This document shows, piece by piece, positions 1 to 9,655 of a stretch of DNA of 64,000 bases. Origin of the DNA: Candidatus Latescibacterota bacterium (GTDB taxonomy: Bacteria; Krumholzibacteriota; Krumholzibacteriia; WVZY01). Location of the stretch: contig CAWBQK010000017.1 in assembly GCA_963791045.1 (NCBI GenBank), positions 224,001-288,000 on the forward strand, in the 5' to 3' direction. Position numbers and translations under genes: made by a program. How positions within the stretch are numbered: position 1 is the stretch's first letter; the number at the start of each line of letters is the position of its first letter. The notes below the pieces were generated by a model. That model was not told where the DNA came from. It ran no database searches and worked only from the letters and a program-made list of their open reading frames with translations.

Positions 1-1712
1 GTGTAATTGCTTCTGACGAAATCCGTCTCGCTGGGTTTTGAGTTGCTGGCGACCTGAATCCCGCTTGATTTGTACGAGTCGGGCACATAGATCGCTATCT
101 TCTGCCCGGGGTGGATATACGATCGGAATGAGAGGTTATTCCACGACCGCAGTTTCTTGGCGCTGGTGTTATAGTCCTCGGCTATCTGCCCGAGCGTGTC
201 GCCGCCTTTGACGACATAGACAACGCGTTTGTGGTTCGCGGGTGGTTGGTAGCGCTTCGCGTATTTCTCGAGCGCTGCCTTGTTGATCGTCCGGTGTTTG
301 TCCTTGAATTGCGGCTTCGAGCTCGCCACTTCACTGTACGCGCCCGTCACAGGAACGATAAGTGTTTTTCCCGCGCGGATTCTATGCGCGTTGTTGATAC
401 CGTTGAGCCGCTTAAGGGTTGTGACGGTCGTATGATAATTGGTGGCGATCTGAGAAAGTGTTTCACCCTGGCGTATGGTGTGCCGTCTCCATGTGACCCG
501 GTCCTCGGGCGGAATGTTGGCGAGCTTGACCGCACATTCGTCGCCGGTTCCTACGGGAACCTTGACGCTGATTTCTGCTTTCGGCGGAGTGCACCAACGG
601 AGAAGACTGGGGTTGAGATCCATAATGTAGTCGACGGTGGTGTCCGCGGATCGTGCGATTACCTTGACGTCCGTCGCGTCTTTGACCGTGACCTGGTCAA
701 ACTTGACCGGCTCCACTTCGGGTATGGTGAACCCGTACTTCTCGGGTTCTCTCACGATGTACAAAGCGGCGAGGAATTTTGGAACGTACCGCTGTGTTTG
801 CCGTGGGAGTTTCAGAGCCCAGAAATCGTCGGTTTTCTGCCGGGCGATGGCTCTGATAACTCGATACTCTCCGCAGTTGTATGCGGCGAGGGCGAGAAGC
901 CAATCATCCCAGATACCATTCAGATCGTTCAGGTAGTTGCCGGCCGCGTAGGTGGAGGCGACGATATCCCGGCGCTCGTCATACCACCAGCTCACACGGA
1001 GTCCGTACATACGAGCGGTGCCCGCGATAAACTGCCACGGTCCGACGGCGCGTGCGTAGGAACGGGCTTTGAGGTTGAACCCGCTTTCAATCAGCGCGAC
1101 ACACATCAAATCGTCGTGAAGTCCCAGTTCTCCCAGGATCGGTTCTATGATCGGGCGATACAGTTCCATCCGGTAAAGCGCTCGTTCAAAACGCTCTTTC
1201 CCGGGCCCGGTGAAATATCGAATCCAAAAATCAATTCTGTCGTTTGAAATTACCTCGAAGGGAGAGTTATCGGCGGACAAGGCATCGATTTGACTCTGGG
1301 TGGCATCTATCTCGGGCCAGTTTTCGATCGAGAGGGCAATGCTGTCCGTCTCGCTCAAATAGGCGTGGCCAAGATCCGATGCCGGGTAGAGGGCGTCAAG
1401 ATCGGAAAGGGCCGCGACCAGCTCTTGGAAATCCTGCCGAAAAACCACAGGTGGATGCGAGTCGATCATCGTGTCGACATCCTTGTGGAGCGAATCGCGT
1501 TCGGTAACGAAGTCCGCAAGATCGCCGAAAGCATAGAGGGCGATGGCGCTGTCGACACGTTCGCGATAACCGGCGATTTCGTCGGGATCAAAATCGAGGG
1601 TGTGGACGGCGGGGGCTTCGGATACGGGAGAGGTGTTTACGTCGGGTTTAACAGACGAACACCCCCACAACAAGAGTCCGCCGAGGAGTAAAACAATTAT
1701 CGATCGGATCAT
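1..1712 (-). CDS. LysM-containing membrane-bound lytic murein transglycosylase (MltD-like) lipoprotein; runs off the left edge of the window
   Basis: Manual minus-strand translation from ATG 1712 gives MIRSIIVLLLGGLLLWGC (lipobox), SLT motifs ESGFNLKARSYARAVGPWQF and ALAAYNCGE, and LysM repeats such as YVVKGGDTLGQIAEDYNTSAKKLRSWN. Absent from the ORF track because it has no stop in the window; the + ORFs 231..1247 and 1290..1691 are its antisense shadows. Confidence 0.9.
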   Translation of the reverse strand, partial: MIRSIIVLLLGGLLLWGCSSVKPDVNTSPVSEAPAVHTLDFDPDEIAGYRERVDSAIALYAFGDLADFVTERDSLHKDVDTMIDSHPPVVFRQDFQELVAALSDLDALYPASDLGHAYLSETDSIALSIENWPEIDATQSQIDALSADNSPFEVISNDRIDFWIRYFTGPGKERFERALYRMELYRPIIEPILGELGLHDDLMCVALIESGFNLKARSYARAVGPWQFIAGTARMYGLRVSWWYDERRDIVASTYAAGNYLNDLNGIWDDWLLALAAYNCGEYRVIRAIARQKTDDFWALKLPRQTQRYVPKFLAALYIVREPEKYGFTIPEVEPVKFDQVTVKDATDVKVIARSADTTVDYIMDLNPSLLRWCTPPKAEISVKVPVGTGDECAVKLANIPPEDRVTWRRHTIRQGETLSQIATNYHTTVTTLKRLNGINNAHRIRAGKTLIVPVTGAYSEVASSKPQFKDKHRTINKAALEKYAKRYQPPANHKRVVYVVKGGDTLGQIAEDYNTSAKKLRSWNNLSFRSYIHPGQKIAIYVPDSYKSSGIQVASNSKPSETDFVRSNY

Positions 1713-1956
1713 TCTATGCTCACTTCCGCTGGCCGCACGCTGAGGAAGGCACTCGGAGGCCTCGTGACCGCCCCGGTTCGGCACCCTGTATGAATTCCGT
1801 ATGTAAGTTGTATAACCCCCGTTCGCAGCAAAATGCAAGCCAAAAAAGGGGATGGGACGGCCCTGGACGCCGAAGATCCCGGGGATTAGGGTAGAAACCG
1901 CAGGGTCAAATATTGTATAATTAGTTAAGACATAGTTTCATTCTGAAGGTATCGCC

Positions 1957-3327
1957 ATGACACGCATCTTTGAGAAAAACTACAAATACCTTCTGGCCAA
2001 TCTTGTGCCCCGCCACAGGCTTTCGGCCGCGCGGCGTAAGCAAGTCGATCGCGCGATCGCTGGTAATGACGCGGTCGAAATTCGGCTGGCGGCCGTTCTG
2101 GCACTCGAAGATCTCTACCAGGCTGAGTACTTCGATCGCTCGCAAACCCATGATGAGAATGGACATGTGGTGCTGACCTACGTCCGGAGCAATGGGTCGT
2201 ACCAGATACGGGTCGTTGTCCCTCGCAACGAGTGGCGGGAGTTGAGCGGGGAGGCGCCGGTTGATCTGCGCGGCAAAAACGGCGGCGGAGTGATCGAAAC
2301 CCCTGCTAGTGACACTGAACTCGTTGAAACCACAATAAATATACTTCCCGACATTATCCGGTCATTCTCGATAAACGGACAGCGCGAATCCACGCTCCAA
2401 AGACTGGATGCGGTGATGAAATTCCTGCCGCGGTGGTTTTGTTTTTCTGCCTCGCAGCTGGTGCTCGTCGAGGAGCGAATCAGCGAGGGAGAAACCCGCG
2501 GCGAAATGGTTAACACGACCCCGGAAAAATCTTTCCAAGATACGGTGATTTACCATCGGTGCCGCGAATCGAAACAGGTCGCCCTCCTCGATTCCACGAG
2601 CGCGGCGGCGGTGGGTCTGACGATGCCGAAAGAAGCGGGTGAGAGAAGTGGTGTGGAGCGGGGACAGCTCGCCGTTGCGCCGGTGTTTCCGTTGGGCGAA
2701 TTCTGGGGGGTTCTTGAAGTCTGGGTGACGAACGGGGAAAACGGTCCGCTTCTGAGGAAGCGTGTGGAAATAGCGGCGGGAATGGTCGAACAGATCATAG
2801 AGAACACCATCCGGCTTGAGAATATGACTTCGGTGGACAAGCTGACCGGGATCTACAACCGGCAGTTCTACGATCGGCAGATTCGCATCGAAATGGAAAG
2901 GGCAACACGAACGGCGACAAAGCTGTCTCTTCTGGTTGTGGATATTGATGATTTCAAAAAGATAAATGATACGATGGGACACCGCAGGGGCGATGAGGCT
3001 TTGGCCATCGTTGCCGATCTGATCAGCGGCAATTTGCGTAAGATCGATATGCCTTTCCGATACGGTGGAGAGGAATTTGTTATCCTGCTTCCGGGAACCG
3101 ACGAGATGGAAGCGGTTCATACTGCCGAGCGTCTTCGTTCGAAGATTGCAGAGTGTGACGAGTTTATCTCCGCCGAAGGGACGGAACGGCGGATTACGGT
3201 GAGCATCGGCGGCGCAGTATTCCCCGATCACGGGCGTACCGAAGAGGAACTGTTTTCACACGCGGATTCCGCGTTGTACCTCGCGAAAAGAAAGGGCAAG
3301 AACCGGATAGAGTTCACCAAGGAGTAA
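1957..3327 (+). CDS. Diguanylate cyclase (unknown N-terminal domain + GAF-like + GGDEF)
   Basis: DKLTGIYNR, DIDDFKKINDTMGHRRGD, I-site RKID followed by RYGGEEF, and ADSALYLAKRKGKNR. Confidence 0.93.
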   Translation: MTRIFEKNYKYLLANLVPRHRLSAARRKQVDRAIAGNDAVEIRLAAVLALEDLYQAEYFDRSQTHDENGHVVLTYVRSNGSYQIRVVVPRNEWRELSGEAPVDLRGKNGGGVIETPASDTELVETTINILPDIIRSFSINGQRESTLQRLDAVMKFLPRWFCFSASQLVLVEERISEGETRGEMVNTTPEKSFQDTVIYHRCRESKQVALLDSTSAAAVGLTMPKEAGERSGVERGQLAVAPVFPLGEFWGVLEVWVTNGENGPLLRKRVEIAAGMVEQIIENTIRLENMTSVDKLTGIYNRQFYDRQIRIEMERATRTATKLSLLVVDIDDFKKINDTMGHRRGDEALAIVADLISGNLRKIDMPFRYGGEEFVILLPGTDEMEAVHTAERLRSKIAECDEFISAEGTERRITVSIGGAVFPDHGRTEEELFSHADSALYLAKRKGKNRIEFTKE

Positions 3328-3352
3328 AAGGGTAGAGGATTGAAATCGGCCG

Positions 3353-4858
3353 ATGCCGGCTGTGTGGACGTTGGGAGGATGTGGAATGGTGTGGGTATTG
3401 GCGGCGGCGCTTGCCGTGGGCATCACCTGTGACCAGAGGGTTGCGGTGGGTGCCTTTGTTGTTTTTGTGGTGTGGTCGGTTCGGAGCCGGGCCGGTAAAT
3501 TGACGGTGGCGGCGTTACTCGTGCTTGCCTTTCTTTTTGGATTATATGGGGCGCTATCGGTCGGGAGTCTCAGATCCCGAACCGAACTCTTCGAGAGCGC
3601 CTTCGCGGGCGGGGATGGACGGGTGGTTGTCGAAGGGTGGGTCTCGAGTTTTCCGGTTTTCCGGTACGGCGGAATGGCCTTCACCCTGCGGACCCGAATT
3701 GATGGCGCGGTAATTAACATACACGTCCGGTCGCGCGAATATATGGTTTCGTACGGCGACAGCGTGCGGGTGACGGGCCGTTTCTACCGGCCCAAACCGG
3801 AGCGGCAGGAGAGTTACGCCAGGTACTTGTTTGGACGCGGATTGTGCGGCGAAGTCCGACTGGACCGGGGAGGTATCGAAGGTCTCGGAAGCAAAAATGG
3901 TTCCTGGGTCGAACGATCGATCCTCTGGCCGGCGCACGATCGCATGAGGCGGATGGCCAACCGGTCGATCGGTTCGCGGTGCGGAATCGCGATCGCTCTG
4001 CTCCTGGGCGAAAAAGGGTATCTCGAGCGCGGCACGAGACAAGCGTTCGTCGGACTGGGACTATCGCACCTGCTTGCCCTCAGCGGGCTTCATCTCGGTT
4101 TTGTCGCCGGCGCGATCTTACTCGCGTTCCGACTTGTACGGCGCCGGAGCGGTTTCGTTCTCCTTTTGTGTCTCGCTCTCTACGTCGGGGTTGTCGGCTG
4201 CATCATGTCATTGTACCGGGCATTCGTCATGGCGGCGGCGCTCGTGACCGCCGCTGGAATCAAACGGCCGATGGACCCTTTGCGTGCGTTGGCCAACGCA
4301 TTTGTGGTTGTTCTTCTTGGGTTTCCGTTCTCCTTCTATTCGGTTGGTTTCCAACTCTCGTTTTTGGCAACGCTTGGGGTGCTGCTACAGGTTCGCGGTA
4401 TGTCCACTCCGAAGTCAAAAGGATGGCCGGGGCGGTTTTGGTTCTGGATTCGATCGTCACTGTCGGTGAGCCTCGCCGCCCAGGCGATTGTGGCTCCGCT
4501 TGTTCTTTCCTACTTCGGCAAGATGAGCTTGCTTTCCCCCGTCGCCACTCTGATATTTGTCCTTCCAGTGGGCGCTCTCCTTATCGGTCTGGGAGTCGCC
4601 GCCGTCGTATCGTTATTGGTCCCGGCGGCCGAGGGGCTGTTGTTTGGCGGACTGGGTTGGGTGTTGGACGTCTTTCGGCAGGTCCTCTTAAAAATCTCAG
4701 ACGTCAGTCCGGAGCCCGCAGTGATTCCGGTCCCCGGGCCGTGGCTCTATTATGCGGGGGTAGCGTTGATTCTTGTCGGACGTGCGGGCCGTGTGCGAAA
4801 AATGGCAGGCGTATGCATCATAGGCGCGTCGTTATGCCTTTCGTATACAGCGCGTTAA
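3353..4858 (+). CDS. comEC: ComEC/Rec2 family competence membrane protein (OB fold + Competence domain, no MBL domain)
   Basis: GLSHLLALSGLH and SVGFQLSF motifs; many TM segments. Confidence 0.85.
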   Translation: MPAVWTLGGCGMVWVLAAALAVGITCDQRVAVGAFVVFVVWSVRSRAGKLTVAALLVLAFLFGLYGALSVGSLRSRTELFESAFAGGDGRVVVEGWVSSFPVFRYGGMAFTLRTRIDGAVINIHVRSREYMVSYGDSVRVTGRFYRPKPERQESYARYLFGRGLCGEVRLDRGGIEGLGSKNGSWVERSILWPAHDRMRRMANRSIGSRCGIAIALLLGEKGYLERGTRQAFVGLGLSHLLALSGLHLGFVAGAILLAFRLVRRRSGFVLLLCLALYVGVVGCIMSLYRAFVMAAALVTAAGIKRPMDPLRALANAFVVVLLGFPFSFYSVGFQLSFLATLGVLLQVRGMSTPKSKGWPGRFWFWIRSSLSVSLAAQAIVAPLVLSYFGKMSLLSPVATLIFVLPVGALLIGLGVAAVVSLLVPAAEGLLFGGLGWVLDVFRQVLLKISDVSPEPAVIPVPGPWLYYAGVALILVGRAGRVRKMAGVCIIGASLCLSYTAR

Positions 4859-4924
4859 CTTTTTTAATGCAGGCGTCAGAACCAGGTGCTATAGTGGCGT
4901 TCTCTTTTCACGATGGGAGTGCCG

Positions 4925-5545
4925 ATGTCGGATAAAACGTGCAATGTTGGTATTCTCGCTTCGGGCCGCGGCAGCAACTTCCAGGCGATAGCCGAAGCCT
5001 GCCGCGACGAACGGTTTCCAGCGCGGGTGGTGTGCCTTATAACGGACAACCCCGACGCCGGAGCGCTCGGGATTGCCAGCTCGCTTGGAATTCCGAGTTT
5101 TGTCGTTCCGGTCACCGAAAAAAAAGGGCGGCTGCCGCATGAAGCGGAAGAAAGAATGACCAAAATTTGCGCGGACCACGATGTCAATCTTATCGCGCTC
5201 GCCGGTTTTATGAGAATTCTGAAAGGTCCGCTCCTGGACGATTATGAAGACCGGGTGATGAACATCCATCCGGCGATTCTACCGAGCTTCAAGGGCCTTC
5301 ATTCGGCGCGGCAGGCGATTGAGTACGGGGTGAAAGTGTCGGGGTGTACGGTTCATTTTGTGGACCGGAGCATCGATGGGGGCGCCATTATTATCCAGGC
5401 TACGGTGCCCGTCGATCACACCGACGCTGAAGACGATCTGCTCGCCAAAATCCATGTTGTTGAACACAAAAGTTATGTCGAGGCCGTCAAATTGTTTGCG
5501 CAAGGACGACTCGAAATCAATGGCCGGCGGGTATTGATCCGCTGA
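4925..5545 (+). CDS. purN: Phosphoribosylglycinamide formyltransferase
   Basis: SGRGSNFQA, LAGFMRIL, NIHPAILPSFKG, GCTVHFV; SD-like GGGAG before ATG 4925 (alternative start 4913). Confidence 0.96.
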   Translation: MSDKTCNVGILASGRGSNFQAIAEACRDERFPARVVCLITDNPDAGALGIASSLGIPSFVVPVTEKKGRLPHEAEERMTKICADHDVNLIALAGFMRILKGPLLDDYEDRVMNIHPAILPSFKGLHSARQAIEYGVKVSGCTVHFVDRSIDGGAIIIQATVPVDHTDAEDDLLAKIHVVEHKSYVEAVKLFAQGRLEINGRRVLIR

Positions 5546-5559
5546 TTCGGAGGAGGATC

Positions 5560-6459
5560 ATGGCAAACGTATTGATGAGAACCGACGACCACGGTCTGGT
5601 TCCTGATATGAGCGGCAAGGTGAGAGACATTTTTGATCTCGACGATCATCTTTTGATCGTCACGTCCGACAGGGTCAGCGCCTACGATTCCATTCTCCCG
5701 ACGCCGGTGCCGGGAAAGGGAATCATCCTCACACAGATGACGCTCGGCTGGTATGACTATTTCGCCGGAAGACTGAAAACACACTTTGTCAGTGCGGATG
5801 TTGATGATTTCCCCGGCAAATTCAAGGGACGGAGCGAGCTGGCCGGCAGGAGCATGCTCGTCAAAAAGGCCGCCCGCTTCGATGTCGAATGCGTGGTTCG
5901 CGGGTACCTGGTGGGGTCCGGCTGGAAGGAATACAAACAGACCGGCGAGGTATGCGGGATCAAGTTGCCGGAAGGACTCGTGGAAGCATCTCTTCTCGCG
6001 GAGCCAATTTTTACGCCGGCCACAAAGGCGGATGACGGCCACGACGAGAATATCTCACTCGAGGTTATGAAGGAGATCGTGCCCGCCGACGTTGCGGACC
6101 GCCTGGCGGCAATGAGTATCGATATATACAACGAAGCTCATGCCTATGCCCGCGACCGCGGAATCATTCTCGCCGACACCAAATTTGAATTTGGCGAACT
6201 CGGTGGCGAAATCATCATGATCGACGAAATGCTTTCTCCCGATTCGTCACGGTTCTGGCCCGCGGACGAGTACGAACCGGGACGCGCGCAAATGAGTTTC
6301 GACAAACAGTTCGTTCGTGATTATCTCGACAACGTGGGCTGGGATCATGATCCTCCGGCGCCGGGTCTGCCCGCCGAAGTGGTCGAGAAAACCGTCGAAA
6401 GATATAGAGAAGCATGCAGTCAGCTGTTTCCTGACATAAACCTGGAGAAGTATCTGTGA
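5560..6459 (+). CDS. purC: SAICAR synthetase
   Basis: GKVRDIF, SDRVSAYD, ECVVRGYL, ADTKFEFG, PDSSRFW, SFDKQFVRD; SD GGAGG. Confidence 0.97.
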   Translation: MANVLMRTDDHGLVPDMSGKVRDIFDLDDHLLIVTSDRVSAYDSILPTPVPGKGIILTQMTLGWYDYFAGRLKTHFVSADVDDFPGKFKGRSELAGRSMLVKKAARFDVECVVRGYLVGSGWKEYKQTGEVCGIKLPEGLVEASLLAEPIFTPATKADDGHDENISLEVMKEIVPADVADRLAAMSIDIYNEAHAYARDRGIILADTKFEFGELGGEIIMIDEMLSPDSSRFWPADEYEPGRAQMSFDKQFVRDYLDNVGWDHDPPAPGLPAEVVEKTVERYREACSQLFPDINLEKYL

Positions 6460-8015
6460 ACGAAAAGATTAATACCGCGTTGATGAGTGTCACCGACAAG
6501 AGCGGGCTGGTCGAACTTGCCGGCGCGCTGTCAAAGGCGGGGGTACGAATTCTGTCGTCATCGGGAACACAGCGTCATCTCGCTGAAAACGGTTTCGAGG
6601 CCGTCGAGATCGCCGAATACACGGGAAGCGACGAGATTCTGGGCGGGCGTGTCAAAACACTCCATCCCAAGATTCACGCGGGTATTCTGGCCGACCGGTC
6701 GAAACCTGAGCACGTCGCGCAATTGGCGGAGGGCGATGTTTGGCCCATCGATCTGGTGGTCGTCAATCTCTACCCGTTCAAGGAAAAATACAAGGGCGGC
6801 GGGCTCACGGAGCTCGAAATGTGCGAGTTTATCGACATTGGCGGCATCACGTTGATCCGAGCCGCGGCAAAGAACTTCCACCACGTCGCCGTTGTGACGA
6901 ATCCGTCACAGTACGACACAGTGATCGCCGATATCGAGCGTGACGGCGTCGTGTCGCTCGAGACTCGAAGGAATCTCGCACGCGAGGCGTTTTCGTTGAC
7001 GTGTTCCTACGACGCCGCGATCGATTCATTCTTCACGACGCTGGTGGAGGAGGACGATCTTCCGGAGCGGATCAACATTTCTCTCGAAAAGGCGGGGACG
7101 CTGAGGTATGGCGAAAATCCCCACCAGAACGGTGCGCTGTATCGCTCCATCAATGAATCGCCGCTCACTGCGTTTGACCAGCACCAGGGGAAGGCGCTGT
7201 CATTCAATAACTACCTCGATCTGTTCGGAGCCTTTTCCTTGTCGAGGGATATGGACGCGCGTAGCGTTACCATCGTAAAACACACCAATCCTTGTGGTGT
7301 CGCATGGTGTGGAAATGAACTCGAGTCGTTCAGAAGAGCGCTTGCGACGGATCGGGTGAGCGCATTCGGCGGGATCGTGGCGGTCAACGGTGTGGTTGAG
7401 GAAGAACTCGCCGAGGAACTCAAGCAGATGTTTCTTGAGGTCATAATTGCCAGGTCGTTTACGGAGGACGCACTTGGTGTTTTCAAGAAAAAGAAAAACC
7501 TTCGCGTGTTGACGATTCCCGAGCGATTCTGGGATAAGCCGAATACAGGCATGATGGGGGTTCTTCTGGAGAATGTGGGACTTGTGCAGAATGTCGACTC
7601 CGGGTTCCCGGAACTCGATGAGCTCAAAGTCGTGACAAAACGTCCCCCCAATGATGACGAACAGAGGGGATGCGCGATGGCCTGGAAAGTGGCCAAGCAC
7701 GTCAAGTCAAACGCGATCGTGATAGCGGACCACGAGGGTACCGTGGGGATCGGCGCGGGCCAGATGAGCCGCGTTGATTCGTCACAAATCGCGACGCGCA
7801 AAGCCTTTGACGCCGGATTCACCCTTCTCGGAAAAATTGCGGCGTCCGACGCGTTCTTTCCTTTCGCCGATGGGGTTTCGACCCTCGCAAAGGCCGGTAT
7901 AACGGCCGTTATTCAACCGGGCGGGTCGATTCGAGATCAAGAGGTTATCGACGCGGCCGATACGGGAAACGTCGCGATGATGTTTACCGGACGGCGACAC
8001 TTCCGACATGTTTAA
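6456..8015 (+). CDS. purH: Bifunctional AICAR transformylase/IMP cyclohydrolase
   Basis: GGRVKTLHP, IDIGG, RAAAKN, LRYGENPHQ, KHTNPCG, ASDAFFPF, RHFRH; GTGA overlap with purC. Confidence 0.97.
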   Translation: MNEKINTALMSVTDKSGLVELAGALSKAGVRILSSSGTQRHLAENGFEAVEIAEYTGSDEILGGRVKTLHPKIHAGILADRSKPEHVAQLAEGDVWPIDLVVVNLYPFKEKYKGGGLTELEMCEFIDIGGITLIRAAAKNFHHVAVVTNPSQYDTVIADIERDGVVSLETRRNLAREAFSLTCSYDAAIDSFFTTLVEEDDLPERINISLEKAGTLRYGENPHQNGALYRSINESPLTAFDQHQGKALSFNNYLDLFGAFSLSRDMDARSVTIVKHTNPCGVAWCGNELESFRRALATDRVSAFGGIVAVNGVVEEELAEELKQMFLEVIIARSFTEDALGVFKKKKNLRVLTIPERFWDKPNTGMMGVLLENVGLVQNVDSGFPELDELKVVTKRPPNDDEQRGCAMAWKVAKHVKSNAIVIADHEGTVGIGAGQMSRVDSSQIATRKAFDAGFTLLGKIAASDAFFPFADGVSTLAKAGITAVIQPGGSIRDQEVIDAADTGNVAMMFTGRRHFRHV

Positions 8016-8030
8016 CTGGGACGAGGATCA

Positions 8031-9569
8031 ATGGCGAAGAACGGAATAGTCATAATCGACTATGGTTCGCAGTATACGCAGCTTATAGCCCGGCGCATCC
8101 GCTCGATGCAGGTTTATTCACAGATCCTCACACCCACTTCCGAGTGGGAAGAGGTTGCCGAGTCGAATCCGCGTGGAATGATCCTTTCGGGAGGCCCCTC
8201 GAGCGTGTTTGGTGAGGACGCGCCGACACTTCCGGATTGGTTCGATAAGATCGAGGTGCCCGTTCTCGGTATCTGTTACGGAATGCAGCTCATCGCACAG
8301 CGGATCGGCGCGTCGGTGGAGTCATCGCCGGTCGGTGAGTACGGCCATACAATGATCGAAATCGAAAAGGAAAACGGTCTTTTCGCCGGAATACCGCGGA
8401 GTTTTAAGGCGTGGATGAGTCACGGCGACAAAATACACAACCTGCCCGAGGGCATGGACGTTCTTGCTTCCTCAGGCGATTGTCCGATCGCCGCCTTCGC
8501 GAATCTTGACGCGGGGATGTTTGGGGTTCAGTTCCATCCCGAAGTGATCCACACCAGTCACGGCGATGACATCCTGGACAATTTCCTGTTCAAAGTGTGC
8601 GCTTGCGAGAAAGAGTGGGAGCCCGGTCATATCATCGATGAGAAAATCCAGGACATTCGGGATTTGGTGGGCACCGGCCGCGTGATTTGCGGAGTGAGCG
8701 GCGGCGTGGACAGTTCGGTGGCAGCGTGTCTTATCGATCGGGCCATAGGCGACAAACTCGTGTGTGTGTTTGTCGACAACGGGTTGCTCCGGCAGGATGA
8801 AGCGGCACGCGTGATCGAACTGCTCGACAAGCAACTCACCGCGCCACTCGTGTTCGTCGATGCAGCGGACCGCTTTCTTGCCCGGCTCGAAGGCGTCACC
8901 GATCCGGAGGAAAAGAGAATCCGCATCGGAAATTTGTTTATCGAGGTATTTGAGGAAGTCAGCCGCGAGCGGGGTCCCTTTGGTTTCCTCGGACAGGGAA
9001 CCCTTTACCCCGATCGAATTGAGAGCATGTCGATGGTGGGGCCGTCCGCCACGATCAAGTCGCATCACAATGTGGGAGGGCTCCCGGAGAAGCTCAACTT
9101 CCAGCTCGTAGAACCGCTTTCGATGCTTTTCAAAGATGAAGTCCGCGAAATCGGCACCGCGCTCGGTGTGCCCACAGAACAACTTAAGCGACACCCGTTT
9201 CCTGGCCCGGGACTTGCAGTCCGCGTGCTCGGAGAGATCACTGCCGAAAAGCTACACATACTCCGTCAGGCGGACGAAATCTTTATCGAGGGTCTCAAGA
9301 GATGGAATCTGTATGACCAGGTATGGCAGGCCGGCGCGATTCTGCTCCCTGTGAGGAGCGTTGGTGTGATGGGAGATGCGCGGACGTACGACTTTTCATG
9401 CGTGCTGCGCGCGGTCACCAGTACGGACGGAATGACGGCCGATTGGGCAAAACTGGATAACGCGTTCTTGCAGGAGATCTCCAACCGTATTATTAATTCA
9501 GTGAACGGAATCAACCGCGTGGTCTATGACATCAGTTCAAAGCCCCCTAGCACTATCGAGTGGGAGTGA
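8031..9569 (+). CDS. guaA: GMP synthase (glutamine-hydrolysing)
   Basis: DYGSQYTQLI, GICYGMQ, QFHPEV, SGGVDSSV, IKSHHNVGG, KPPSTIEWE. Confidence 0.98.
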   Translation: MAKNGIVIIDYGSQYTQLIARRIRSMQVYSQILTPTSEWEEVAESNPRGMILSGGPSSVFGEDAPTLPDWFDKIEVPVLGICYGMQLIAQRIGASVESSPVGEYGHTMIEIEKENGLFAGIPRSFKAWMSHGDKIHNLPEGMDVLASSGDCPIAAFANLDAGMFGVQFHPEVIHTSHGDDILDNFLFKVCACEKEWEPGHIIDEKIQDIRDLVGTGRVICGVSGGVDSSVAACLIDRAIGDKLVCVFVDNGLLRQDEAARVIELLDKQLTAPLVFVDAADRFLARLEGVTDPEEKRIRIGNLFIEVFEEVSRERGPFGFLGQGTLYPDRIESMSMVGPSATIKSHHNVGGLPEKLNFQLVEPLSMLFKDEVREIGTALGVPTEQLKRHPFPGPGLAVRVLGEITAEKLHILRQADEIFIEGLKRWNLYDQVWQAGAILLPVRSVGVMGDARTYDFSCVLRAVTSTDGMTADWAKLDNAFLQEISNRIINSVNGINRVVYDISSKPPSTIEWE

Positions 9570-9655
9570 CGCTCGCTTCGGTCGGGGTGGAAAAGGTGTT
9601 CGCGCGGAAAACTGCATGTAACGGTTTTCAAACCCGATATCGCAGCCGTCAACCA

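Noticed and set aside
231-1691. Plus-strand ORFs of 338 and 133 aa
   Set aside because: Antisense to the MltD/LysM gene, which has clear motifs on the minus strand.
1713-1956. Possible c-di-GMP riboswitch or ncRNA upstream of the diguanylate cyclase
   Set aside because: I could not identify a conserved riboswitch core by eye. The region is explained by divergent promoters (TATAAT at 1916-1921). An Rfam scan would settle it.
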